A stretch of DNA of 33,531 bases, filler included, from Candidatus Delongbacteria bacterium (GCA_016937995.1; 2 parts of 2 records of this genome joined end to end with filler, not necessarily neighbours in it); one strand, 5' to 3'; numbered from the whole stretch's first letter, positions 1 to 9,309 are shown. The notes: a model not told the origin generated them from the letters alone. Made by a program: numbers and translations.

Positions 1-195
1 GCTGTTATCCAGATTTATTTTTGCTTCTGTTGTGCTGATCACCATTAGAGTATCACCAAGATTGAAAACTCTTAACCCGTCATCAGAAATTGAAAATACC
101 GGATTATTACTATTATCTTTTATCTCGAAAAGAGTTGCCGAATAAAGTGATGAAAGTACAATGATCATGGTTGCAAATACATATAATTTTTTCAT
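1..195 (-). CDS. 5' part of a fourth paralog of the secreted fibre-like protein family (runs off the window edge)
   Basis: Not in the ORF track. Manual translation from ATG at 195 gives MKKLYVFATMIIVLSSLYSATLFEIKDNSNNPVFSISDDGLRVFNLGDTLMVISTTEAKINLDNS: a signal peptide plus the N-terminal domain shared with the next three genes. Confidence 0.9.
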   Translation of the reverse strand, partial: MKKLYVFATMIIVLSSLYSATLFEIKDNSNNPVFSISDDGLRVFNLGDTLMVISTTEAKINLDNS

Positions 196-222
196 TCAGG
201 ATCCTTATCTAGTTTAACATTC

Positions 223-1794
223 TTATTTTAATGACTTTGCTGTAAGAGTTTTTAATATTCTTTCAATTTCATTAAGTTTATATTTTAAGGTTTCATTTTC
301 TTTTTTTAGTAATTCAATTTCTTTCCTGTTTATTTCGCTCTCAACATACTTTGATGCAACACAAAGCACTCCTAACGAATCAACATAAAGACTTTTCATA
401 GCATTTAATGAAGTTGTTGTATACAAATTTGGTATAACACAATTTCCTGCAACGTTAAGATTTCCGTTTATTTTAAGAGAATCGCTGTCAAACTCACCGT
501 AAATTAATGGAGATGAAGTAGTGGAATTGTCTATATATAATTTGTCAGATCCTGGCTCATTATATCCAGCCTTGTATCCTAAAAATACATTGCCTGACCC
601 GGCAGTACTGCTGTATCCGGACTGGTAACCTATGTGAGTGTTCTGAATACCTGTAACATTAGTGAAACCTGTACGATAACCTATCATTACATTTCCACCG
701 CTTGAATCCAGTACATTTCCTGCTCCGGATCCTATAAGTATACTACCTCCGCCTGTTGTATTTTTATTTCCTGCAAAAGCACCTATGAAAATATTGTTTC
801 CACCAGTTGATGTATATTCCCCTGAACGGGCACCCATCATAACATTCATAAAACCCGTAGTAAGTCCAAAACCTGAATTATACCCGAAAATACTGTTATT
901 GCTAAATGACGATCCTGTTGTTCCATATCCTGCCTGAAATCCGAATATTGTGTTATTATCTCCACCACTGTTTTGATGTCCGGCCGCAACTCCAAAATAA
1001 CTGTTGTAATCACCATCTCCATTTTCGTGCCCCGACTCATATCCATAAAATGAGTTCATGTAGCCTGTCGTACTGTTGTATCCGCTGGCTTTACCTACAA
1101 AAGTATTGTAACCACTTAAAGAGCTGTAACCCGAATGTGTGCCAACAAAAATATTATAATCGCCCGATATATTACTATATCCCGACATTCCGCCGATGAA
1201 TGTATTTAACTCTCCATCCACATTTTTCCAGCCTGATGAATTACCTATAAAAGTGTTCCTTGTACCTGTAGTATTATCAAGTCCGCTTCTGTTTCCTAAA
1301 AAAATATTGAAATATCCCGAAGTATTTGCAACTCCAGAATAATTTCCTATGAAAACATTATCAATGCCTGACTGAGGAAGAGGATCTCCTACAGTAACAT
1401 TCTGACCGGAAGACAGACCTAGAAATATATTTTCAGGACTGAAATATGAAAATCTGGGACCTTTTGCAGTGTTTGACATTGTTGCATTCTCACCTGTAAC
1501 ATCTAACGAGTGCATATGAGCATCTGTGGCTGTTACTTCTAAAGCATTTGTTCCTTTTGATGCTGAAGTAGTAACACTGAATGATCTTGACAAACCTCTG
1601 TCTTTGCTATTCGCAATGTACGCTTTTATGTCAGTCGCGGTTATTACCATTAACGTATCATCCAAATTAAAAACCCTGAGTCCGTCGTCAGAAATTGAAA
1701 ATACCGGATTATTGCTATTATCTTTTATCTCGAAAAGAGTTGTGGCATTAATTGAAAATAACATAAGTAATATTATTGGCAGTGAATTCTTCAT
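223..1794 (-). CDS. Secreted fibre/adhesin-like protein: conserved N-domain, many 14-aa N-x-F-x-G-x-x-[AS]-G repeats, C-terminal coiled coil, no S74 domain
   Basis: 523-aa ORF with a signal peptide, TLFEIKD...DDGLRVFN...KDRGLSRSFSVTTSASKG domain, Gly/Asn repeats, LYIDNS..PLIYGEFD motif and terminal heptad helix. Confidence 0.8.
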   Translation of the reverse strand: MKNSLPIILLMLFSINATTLFEIKDNSNNPVFSISDDGLRVFNLDDTLMVITATDIKAYIANSKDRGLSRSFSVTTSASKGTNALEVTATDAHMHSLDVTGENATMSNTAKGPRFSYFSPENIFLGLSSGQNVTVGDPLPQSGIDNVFIGNYSGVANTSGYFNIFLGNRSGLDNTTGTRNTFIGNSSGWKNVDGELNTFIGGMSGYSNISGDYNIFVGTHSGYSSLSGYNTFVGKASGYNSTTGYMNSFYGYESGHENGDGDYNSYFGVAAGHQNSGGDNNTIFGFQAGYGTTGSSFSNNSIFGYNSGFGLTTGFMNVMMGARSGEYTSTGGNNIFIGAFAGNKNTTGGGSILIGSGAGNVLDSSGGNVMIGYRTGFTNVTGIQNTHIGYQSGYSSTAGSGNVFLGYKAGYNEPGSDKLYIDNSTTSSPLIYGEFDSDSLKINGNLNVAGNCVIPNLYTTTSLNAMKSLYVDSLGVLCVASKYVESEINRKEIELLKKENETLKYKLNEIERILKTLTAKSLK

Positions 1795-1806
1795 ATTTTG
1801 TTCCTT

Positions 1807-3207
1807 TTATTTCTCATTCTGTATCTCTTCTATTATCCGTTCTATCTTTTTCAATCTTTCTTTCAGCTCTTCGTTTTCGTGCCTTAGTTCTTTTATCGCT
1901 TGAATCGCTATTACACTTAAACCTGCATAATCCATAGTATATATTTCACTTTCTTCATTGTACTGAACAAATTCAGGGAACAGTTTTTCGACTTCCTGAG
2001 CTATAAGTCCGGTGTGTTTAATATCTTTATCTCCCTGTGATATAAAGTTGTATCTCTTTGGCTGAAGTAACATGACCTTGTCAAGAATGTTTGCAAGATC
2101 CTCTATGTTCTTCTTAAATCTTATGTCCGAAATTGAAGAATACACACCTGTAGCATAATTAAATGTTCCCCTCTGATCCGAACCGTGAAAAAGATAGAGA
2201 TTATGTGTTGTGGAGTGGTATAAATGCCAGTCACTCGTTGCGCTGGTATTTTTTATAAACAGACCGTTATCCACTCCTGAAGGATGCCAGGCATATGTAT
2301 AATTTGAATTGAATTTCAAAGTATTAGTATCGAATTCACCATAGATCAATGGTGAAGATGTGTCTGAATTATCAATATAAAGCCTGTTTGACCCCAATTC
2401 ATTATGTCCAGAATAATATCCAATAAACACATTTCCAGAGCCAGTTTCATTCTGATATCCGGATCTTGAACCGATGTATACATTCTGATCTCCGTTACAT
2501 TGAACACCTGCAAAATAACCGAAAAGGCAACTGTTCGAACCTGAACTGTTCATTGAACCTGCATTCTGTCCAAAAAAGGAGTTATAGCTTCCATCATTAG
2601 AGTAGCCACTTGAGTAACCGAAAAAAGCGTTTTGATCACCTGTAGAAGAAAATCCGGCGGAACATCCCACATAAGTATTTGTGGCTGCTGTAGTGTTACT
2701 TTTACCTGCATCGAGCCCTATGAAAACGTTAGCACTACCGCTAATGTTTGAATATCCTGAATTTGCACCTACAAAGACATTTGACCATCCTTCAGAATCA
2801 TTAAGTCCTGCATCATTACCTACAAATACGTTCTGCATACCTTCATTTTGAGATCCAGCGTTCAAACCAAGGAAAATATTCTCCGGGCTAAAATTAGCAT
2901 ATTCACCCGAACTGCTTCCCATAGTATTTTTTTTCGAAGTTACCTCTAATGCTTTTGCCCCTTTTGAGGCAGATGTTGTTACACTGAATGATCTGGACAA
3001 TCCTCTATCTTTACTGTTACTGAGGTTCGCTTTAATTTCAGACGCACTGATCACCATAAGTGTATCACCCATATTAAACACTCTTAACCCGTCATCTGAT
3101 ATCGAAAATACAGGTTCACCACTATTATCCAGTATCTCAAAAAGTGTTTCAGCATTTAAGGTGAATAAGGTTATCAGCAAACTAAGGATTATATATGTCT
3201 TTTTCAT
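1807..3207 (-). CDS. Secreted tail-fibre-like protein with C-terminal peptidase S74 intramolecular chaperone
   Basis: ORF 1807..3228, start moved to ATG 3207 (MKKTY, GAGG upstream). Same N-domain and repeats; SDIRFKKNI...GLIAQEVEKLFPE...MDY...IQAIKEL is the S74 signature. Confidence 0.85.
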   Translation of the reverse strand: MKKTYIILSLLITLFTLNAETLFEILDNSGEPVFSISDDGLRVFNMGDTLMVISASEIKANLSNSKDRGLSRSFSVTTSASKGAKALEVTSKKNTMGSSSGEYANFSPENIFLGLNAGSQNEGMQNVFVGNDAGLNDSEGWSNVFVGANSGYSNISGSANVFIGLDAGKSNTTAATNTYVGCSAGFSSTGDQNAFFGYSSGYSNDGSYNSFFGQNAGSMNSSGSNSCLFGYFAGVQCNGDQNVYIGSRSGYQNETGSGNVFIGYYSGHNELGSNRLYIDNSDTSSPLIYGEFDTNTLKFNSNYTYAWHPSGVDNGLFIKNTSATSDWHLYHSTTHNLYLFHGSDQRGTFNYATGVYSSISDIRFKKNIEDLANILDKVMLLQPKRYNFISQGDKDIKHTGLIAQEVEKLFPEFVQYNEESEIYTMDYAGLSVIAIQAIKELRHENEELKERLKKIERIIEEIQNEK

Positions 3208-3239
3208 AATCGATCGTACCTCAAACAATTCAATTTTCT

Positions 3240-4910
3240 TTAATTTGATAATTTCGACTTAAGCATTTCTAATTTTTCAATTCTGTCATTCTGTATTTTC
3301 ATTTCTTTTTTCATTAACTCGATCTCTTCTTTTTGATCTTGAATAGCCTTGATCAAAATCGGTGTTAATTCAGAATAATTAAGCCCTAAAGTGTGTTCTT
3401 CATCTTCGCCCACATCAACAATTTCAGGTACTATCTCAAGTAATTCCTGAGCAATTAACCCAACTTTGCGTCCACGTTCAGGTTTGTCTTTCCAAAAGTA
3501 TGTAACAGGTCTCATTTTTAAGACCGTGTTTAAACCATACTCAATATCCTTAATATCAGACTTCTGTCTTTTATCCGAAGTTTGAATTACTCCATTTGTT
3601 GCGAATACATCATCCCAGCGTAATGTTGATGCACCAAGATCAAAAACATTATCCGATATTGGTCGTAGAAAACCGCTAGATAAGTAGGGAATCCCTCCAG
3701 AAGTATTATAGGATAAATACATTAAAGGCCCATAAGAGATTGCATTACCTTCTGCCCACCATTCAAGTCTGTTTAAACCTCCATCGTATTTCATTGACAT
3801 ATTATAAGTTCCGTCATTATCTTCAGCTAGAACTATTTCAGCATCATCACCACTTGTTGCTTCTGATGGGGCGATCATTAAAGAACCAAGAGTAGGACTT
3901 CCAACTACATTAAGCTCACCATTTATAGTAACAAAATCATTATCAAACTCTCCATATATCAATGGAGTCGAACTATCTGAATTTTCGATGTATAATTTAT
4001 TAGAACCTGTTTCATTACTACCTGAAGAATATCCAAGACATATATTTCCTTCACCTGCAATATTCCTACCACTATTTGCTCCGATCAACACATTGTTATT
4101 GTTATCAAATCCGGTCATATAAAGACCGCTAAAAGCACCTAAGCATACATTATCGTTGCCATATGGGCTTGTGTAACCTGATCTATGTCCAATATAAATA
4201 TTCGAATGCCCTTCAATGTTATTATATCCCGACTCTTTTCCGATCATTATGTTAGTAGTTCCAACAACATTTTCATAACCTGCAAGATTCCCAAGGAATA
4301 CATTAGCGGATCCACCCCAGTTATTTTCTCCGGACGAATTTCCTAAAAATACATTATCAATTCCACTCATACCATTAACGACATTAACTTTACCTGTGTT
4401 TAAACCCAAAAAAACATTCTCCGGGCTAAAGTCTGAATAATGTTCTCCAACCGCACCCTCTCTCATTTTCGTTTCATCAGAGTTAACTTCTAATACATCG
4501 GTCTCCAACTTCCCAGCACCTGTGGAAGTAACGTTAAATGAGTATGAAGTGTCAATGTAGGCTGTAATATTCCCGGTCGTAATGTCCATCAGATTTGTGT
4601 TATCACTATAAACTCTTAAACCGTCACCAGCTATATTTACAACATCACCCTGACCTTTAGAAGCTGAAGTTGTTACACTGAATGATCTAGATAATCCTCT
4701 ATCTTTGCTATTCTCAATAAAAGCTTTTATCTCAGATGAACTTATCACCATCAGAGTATCTCCCTGATTAAATACTCTAAGACCATCCGTGGTTACCTCA
4801 AGTACGGTGTAATTACTTTCATCTTTTATTTCAAATAGAGGTGTCGCTTTCACTTGTATAGAAAACAAGATAACGACTAAAATAAAAACAATATGTTTTT
4901 GGTATATCAT
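3240..4910 (-). CDS. Secreted tail-fibre-like protein with duplicated N-domain and C-terminal peptidase S74 chaperone
   Basis: 556-aa ORF, GAGGAGG RBS, signal peptide, repeats and TSDKRQKSDI...GLIAQEL...LNYSELTPILIKAIQD. Confidence 0.85.
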   Translation of the reverse strand: MIYQKHIVFILVVILFSIQVKATPLFEIKDESNYTVLEVTTDGLRVFNQGDTLMVISSSEIKAFIENSKDRGLSRSFSVTTSASKGQGDVVNIAGDGLRVYSDNTNLMDITTGNITAYIDTSYSFNVTSTGAGKLETDVLEVNSDETKMREGAVGEHYSDFSPENVFLGLNTGKVNVVNGMSGIDNVFLGNSSGENNWGGSANVFLGNLAGYENVVGTTNIMIGKESGYNNIEGHSNIYIGHRSGYTSPYGNDNVCLGAFSGLYMTGFDNNNNVLIGANSGRNIAGEGNICLGYSSGSNETGSNKLYIENSDSSTPLIYGEFDNDFVTINGELNVVGSPTLGSLMIAPSEATSGDDAEIVLAEDNDGTYNMSMKYDGGLNRLEWWAEGNAISYGPLMYLSYNTSGGIPYLSSGFLRPISDNVFDLGASTLRWDDVFATNGVIQTSDKRQKSDIKDIEYGLNTVLKMRPVTYFWKDKPERGRKVGLIAQELLEIVPEIVDVGEDEEHTLGLNYSELTPILIKAIQDQKEEIELMKKEMKIQNDRIEKLEMLKSKLSN

Positions 4911-4936
4911 TATGAATCCTCCTCAAAATTCAAACC

Positions 4937-4979
4937 AATATAATAATATTAATAGATAAAGTCTGTGACCTACCTCACG
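4937..4979 (-). promoter_or_regulatory. CRP-family binding site (TGTGA-cctacc-TCACG, 4964-4979) with TATATT -10 (4942-4937): class II activated promoter of the fibre array
   Basis: 9/10 match to TGTGA-N6-TCACA. The centre at 4971.5 equals -41.5 if 4942 is -12. No recognisable -35. Confidence 0.7.
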
Positions 4980-4989
4980 AAAAGGTGTG

Positions 4990-7900
4990 CTATTTCATGT
5001 TTTCCTGAATAGACTTTCCTTTTTCGATGTATTCAGCATATCCGATCTCATTTGAAATATTAACACCTTTATTGATATATTCCTCCGCTCTTTTTAATTC
5101 ACCTGTGTTTAAAAATATTTCACCAAGTTCAATTAATGCTTCCGCTATATGATGTTTTATGCCATACTTTTCTGCAATTTCCAGACCTTTGATCATTTCT
5201 GTTACTGCTTTATCGTATTTTTTCTGCAGCTTATATACATGTCCCAAATTTATAAGTGCATTGGACATTGTTGAATAATCAGACAATTCTTTACTTATTC
5301 TAAAACTCTCTTTGTGATGAGATATTGCTTTTTTAAACATTCCAAGATCCTTGTATAAAAAGCCTATGTTATTTAAACTCTGAGCAAGTTCATTTCGTTT
5401 TCCGAGTTCTTCACTCAGTTTAAGTTTCTTTTCGTAAAACTCTCTGGCTTTTTCCAGTTCACCTTTCAAATGATAAACAACTCCGATATTTCCTATTGCA
5501 CTGGCTGTTTCCATCTTAAAATTCATTTTTTCGGTTATTTCAAGTTGTTTATAATAGTTTTCAAGAGCTTTATTAAACTGCCCTGTATAATCGTAAACAA
5601 TCCCTATACTTCCAAAAAGCTTAGCACTGTTTTTATCCCGGATGTTTTTATCTATGATTTTTTCAGAGGTTTCCAGTCCAAGTTTAAAACATTCGAGAGC
5701 TTTGTCCATCTTTCCAGTTGTAAGATAATTTTTACCCAGGCTCTCATATACCAGACATAACCTATCATTGTTATTATGTTTTTCGAATATGACTTTTGCT
5801 TGTTCAAGTTCACTGTTGGATTCTTCAATTTTTCCACTGTGTGCCGATAATTGACTTAGATCTAGATTCGTAAAAGCGATCAGCATTTCGTCCTTTACTT
5901 TTTTTGCAAGGTTAACAGTAGTATTGATAATATTTTTACTTAACTCAACATTCTGAAATATACCAAAGTAGAAATAAAACCTTTGTTGATTGATTATGAT
6001 TAATTCTTTTACGATATCAATGTTGGATTTGTTTATTTTAAGATCATCCCAATCGCCTGTACTAATACCTGTTTTTTTAGATGCGTATTCTACCCACTTA
6101 TCAAAGTGTTTTACTGAAAGATCGTTCTGGTAGTCATTTTTAGCTTTAAAACCCGCTTTCTTCAGATATTCCATTGCCTTGTCAACATTTTCAGCCAGAT
6201 CATAATGATATGCAAGTATATTATAATGCGAATCTAATTTATTTTTATTTATTTCCTCAATTGCTTCTGCAGCGATTTCATGAATATCTCTGATGATTTT
6301 TCGAAGTTGCATATCATAAATTGCATCTCTGATCACGGCATACTTGAACAAATAATTTACTTCAGAAACAAGTATGAGAATATCTTCACTCTCAAGATCG
6401 GTCAGGTGCTTTCCAAGATTATCGTATTTATCTCTTAGTATGTGTGAGAGTACTTCTACAGAAAAATCGTTTCCTAATACTGATGCTGTTTTTAAAATAT
6501 CTTTAAGGTGTTGTTTAAGCTTATCTATCCTGGCTATAACTATCTTGTTTAATCCGTCAGGGATATCATCTTCATTCGTTAGTATATTCTTTTTTGTGAT
6601 CAAACGGTTATCAACCAGATAGTGTATCATCTGTTCCAAAAATAAAGGATTACTGTGACTTTTTTTCTGAAGCACTGTTAATGTTTTTTGAGGGATCCTT
6701 TTAGTTTTCAGTCTATTTTTAGTAAGCTCTTTAAAATCGGTACTATTGAGTCTTCCAAGCTTTATCCTTTTCTGACTGCTGAACCCGAAATCATATTTAT
6801 CGCCATTGTACTTGAATCTGCAATTTAGTATCATCCCGAAGGAATATTTTTTTAGTTCGTGGGATAATCTTTTAAAAAATTTCATTGAATCATTATCAAG
6901 AAATCCTGCATTGTCTATCTCAAATACCATTGTAATGTCTTGATTAAAGCATTTAAACAATGTTATCAGAGTAAGTAGGATATTGTTCTGCCTTTCATCC
7001 GGTTCTTCTGCGTAAATATCAGTATTTGTTAGTTGAAGATTCAGAAAATAACAAATATAGTCTCTATTGTTGTCGAGATCAGTCTTTGATTTATCACACT
7101 CAATTGTTTCAATCAATTGATCCAGTTTTTTATTAAACCTGAAAGTATTTCTTTCCTGGGTATCATCTTCTGCCAAATCAAAGTGTCTGTTAAAAAAGTA
7201 TTTCAAAGGATTATATGGACTTTTTATGATCTCATCGCATGAAAAATAAAACCAGTTTATTTGCTTTCCAAGCTTTTTGTATTCTAATACAGTCTCTGAT
7301 CTTACTTTGTTTGCAAGTCTTGATTTACCGATACCTGCCTCTCCATCGAGATATATTGAACCGATATATTTGTTCTTACTCAGTGGGCTAAGAAGCTTTT
7401 TAAGTCTGCTCTTTTCTTTCTCTCTACCTATAAAATCACCTTTGAAGAATATATCCTTGATCTCCGCTTTACCAGCCAGATTATATGTGGGTATCAATTT
7501 TTCAATACCTTTATATTTTAAATCCCCGATATGATCGAAAATAAAATTTTCATTCGAAATAAATTCTTTTCCAAGTAAAACTTGTTCCCAATTTGCCTGC
7601 ATCATAAATCTTGCACTTTGATTTACAGTATTACCTAGACAGGTAAACTCTTGTCTGATATCAGCACCACTGAAGCCACAATAAACTATACCTTTTGCTA
7701 AACCAGCTCTAATATGAATTTTATCTAATCTTGCTTCAGCTAACCTGAAAATAAAATTTAAAGCACGCTGGATATTATTTTCATAGGATATTGGTGCACC
7801 GAAAAACAATAGAATATTTCCACCTTTATCACCAAAATCCAAAACAGGATGAGATGCTCCGTAAGTAATTTTAAGCTCATAAAGTCTTTCCATTAATTCC

Positions 7901-8670
7901 TGCAGGTCAACATCACCCGAAAATGATATGAACACAGATATAATATCCCTGAACTCTCCTATCGGAAATTCAGCTTCAAGCTTTCCCGTTAAATGGTTAA
8001 TATCTTCTTTCTTAGCTTTTACTCTCTGGTATTTAACTTTAGTAACGGTAAATCCTTCTGTTGAGATCACTTGATAAAATTTCTCATTGTGAAGTTCCGC
8101 TTTCTTAGTTTTTACAACAACATCTTCTACAAATTTATAGAAAGAACTGTGTGCCCATATATCTCCTTTTTCTGCATTATGCTCCGCCATGGCACAAAGA
8201 TCCACAGCACTTCCGCTGAAATAGTATGTTCTCTCTGTTGAAGATCCTACAATCCCACAGGTACAATTACCAAATGACAATCCTACCTTTACACCAAACT
8301 CAAAATCCCCGAATTTGGATTTATATATTTTATTGTCTTCAAAAAATTGATTTGTTATTATCGCGGCTTTCAAAGTTCTTAATGCAGTGGTTTTCTTTAC
8401 ATCTTTAACCTCAAATATCGCAGTAAATGCATCTCCTGCATACTTTGTTACATAACCGCCATGATCATAAACAGCAGAAACAGTGGTATTAAAAAGATAC
8501 TTCAGTATGTCTGAAAGTATCTCAGCTCCTTCCTGCCCATGCTTCATTAACGCTTCAGTAGTACTTGTAAATCCTGAAATATCAACGAACATTGCAAAGC
8601 ATTCGAATTTATCTGTGAATTTATTGTCAATAAAATTTTGGACTATTCTGTCAGGTACTAAATTGTGCAT
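4990..8670 (-). CDS. Class III adenylate cyclase (soluble-AC/ADCY10-like, two cyclase domains) fused to STAND/AAA ATPase and TPR repeats
   Basis: FVDISGFT and KYAGDA (metal-binding Asp), DFGDKG and EFTCLGNTVNQSARFM (second domain), Walker A GEAGIGKS, NPLFLEQ, C-terminal TPRs (GNIGVVY, LNNIGFLY). Confidence 0.9.
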   Translation of the reverse strand: MHNLVPDRIVQNFIDNKFTDKFECFAMFVDISGFTSTTEALMKHGQEGAEILSDILKYLFNTTVSAVYDHGGYVTKYAGDAFTAIFEVKDVKKTTALRTLKAAIITNQFFEDNKIYKSKFGDFEFGVKVGLSFGNCTCGIVGSSTERTYYFSGSAVDLCAMAEHNAEKGDIWAHSSFYKFVEDVVVKTKKAELHNEKFYQVISTEGFTVTKVKYQRVKAKKEDINHLTGKLEAEFPIGEFRDIISVFISFSGDVDLQELMERLYELKITYGASHPVLDFGDKGGNILLFFGAPISYENNIQRALNFIFRLAEARLDKIHIRAGLAKGIVYCGFSGADIRQEFTCLGNTVNQSARFMMQANWEQVLLGKEFISNENFIFDHIGDLKYKGIEKLIPTYNLAGKAEIKDIFFKGDFIGREKEKSRLKKLLSPLSKNKYIGSIYLDGEAGIGKSRLANKVRSETVLEYKKLGKQINWFYFSCDEIIKSPYNPLKYFFNRHFDLAEDDTQERNTFRFNKKLDQLIETIECDKSKTDLDNNRDYICYFLNLQLTNTDIYAEEPDERQNNILLTLITLFKCFNQDITMVFEIDNAGFLDNDSMKFFKRLSHELKKYSFGMILNCRFKYNGDKYDFGFSSQKRIKLGRLNSTDFKELTKNRLKTKRIPQKTLTVLQKKSHSNPLFLEQMIHYLVDNRLITKKNILTNEDDIPDGLNKIVIARIDKLKQHLKDILKTASVLGNDFSVEVLSHILRDKYDNLGKHLTDLESEDILILVSEVNYLFKYAVIRDAIYDMQLRKIIRDIHEIAAEAIEEINKNKLDSHYNILAYHYDLAENVDKAMEYLKKAGFKAKNDYQNDLSVKHFDKWVEYASKKTGISTGDWDDLKINKSNIDIVKELIIINQQRFYFYFGIFQNVELSKNIINTTVNLAKKVKDEMLIAFTNLDLSQLSAHSGKIEESNSELEQAKVIFEKHNNNDRLCLVYESLGKNYLTTGKMDKALECFKLGLETSEKIIDKNIRDKNSAKLFGSIGIVYDYTGQFNKALENYYKQLEITEKMNFKMETASAIGNIGVVYHLKGELEKAREFYEKKLKLSEELGKRNELAQSLNNIGFLYKDLGMFKKAISHHKESFRISKELSDYSTMSNALINLGHVYKLQKKYDKAVTEMIKGLEIAEKYGIKHHIAEALIELGEIFLNTGELKRAEEYINKGVNISNEIGYAEYIEKGKSIQENMK

Positions 8671-8877
8671 TTACAACTCCGGAATAAAATATTTATTCAA
8701 CACTGGACGCTTTCTGTCAGTATAGGAAGTGAATTAAATTGAAATACCAACATAAGACCACAGTACTTATATCAAGATTAATAATATAACGCACATGATA
8801 CAAATAATAAATAAAAATAAAAAAAATATATTTGTGTTCGGGGACGGCAGATCATTTTGAACTAAGATCTATTAAAT

Positions 8878-9240
8878 TTAATGAAAATCCAACCCGCCTA
8901 TCAATTTTCTCAAAACTACTAAAAATTCTTCATAATTATCGGGAAATTCTCCAGACCCATAAGTATGAAGTTTTAATTTACCTACTTTAATATTCACACT
9001 CCAATTCTGCCCGTCTGATGTACTTTTATCAACATATGATCTGTTCCATAGCCATATCTTAAGATTAACCGTTTCTTTCCAGAATTTATCCCAGTCATCA
9101 TCTGATGGATCTCTTACAAGTTTTTCCTCAGGTCTTGTTGCATGATAGATAAGTTTATTATCCCTGAGTAGTATTGTGAAAGATCTTCCGTAAAAAGAAC
9201 TTAAAGTGATCCTCATTTCTTCAGGTGTTGATGAGTGCAT
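8878..9240 (-). CDS. Hypothetical protein (Trp-rich, 120 aa)
   Basis: Clean ORF with globular composition and its own sigma70-type promoter upstream. Confidence 0.7.
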   Translation of the reverse strand: MHSSTPEEMRITLSSFYGRSFTILLRDNKLIYHATRPEEKLVRDPSDDDWDKFWKETVNLKIWLWNRSYVDKSTSDGQNWSVNIKVGKLKLHTYGSGEFPDNYEEFLVVLRKLIGGLDFH

Positions 9241-9280
9241 ATTAAAAACCGTATCTTAGTTATTGCTTATTTGATCAGTA

Positions 9281-9309
9281 AATTTGCTTTATAGCTTACA
9301 AAATGTCAA
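9281..9309 (-). promoter_or_regulatory. sigma70-type promoter TTGACA-N17-CAAATT
   Basis: Perfect -35 at 9309-9304 and 17-bp spacer. The CAAATT -10 also occurs upstream of pstS and the porin. Confidence 0.5.

Noticed and set aside
77-1742. Diversity-generating retroelement template/variable repeat pair
   Set aside because: Both copies are coding, N-terminal and differ only at two synonymous sites. There is no reverse transcriptase, and the Avd-like pseudogene is on another contig.
1526-1903. This and other antisense or nested short ORFs in the track (e.g. 906..1199, 5470..5760, 15073..15339, 27173..27535, 29537..29914)
   Set aside because: They are shadows of well-supported genes, with no motifs or RBS.
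1-4910. Prophage tail region
   Set aside because: The proteins have signal peptides, and no capsid, terminase, integrase or baseplate genes are present.
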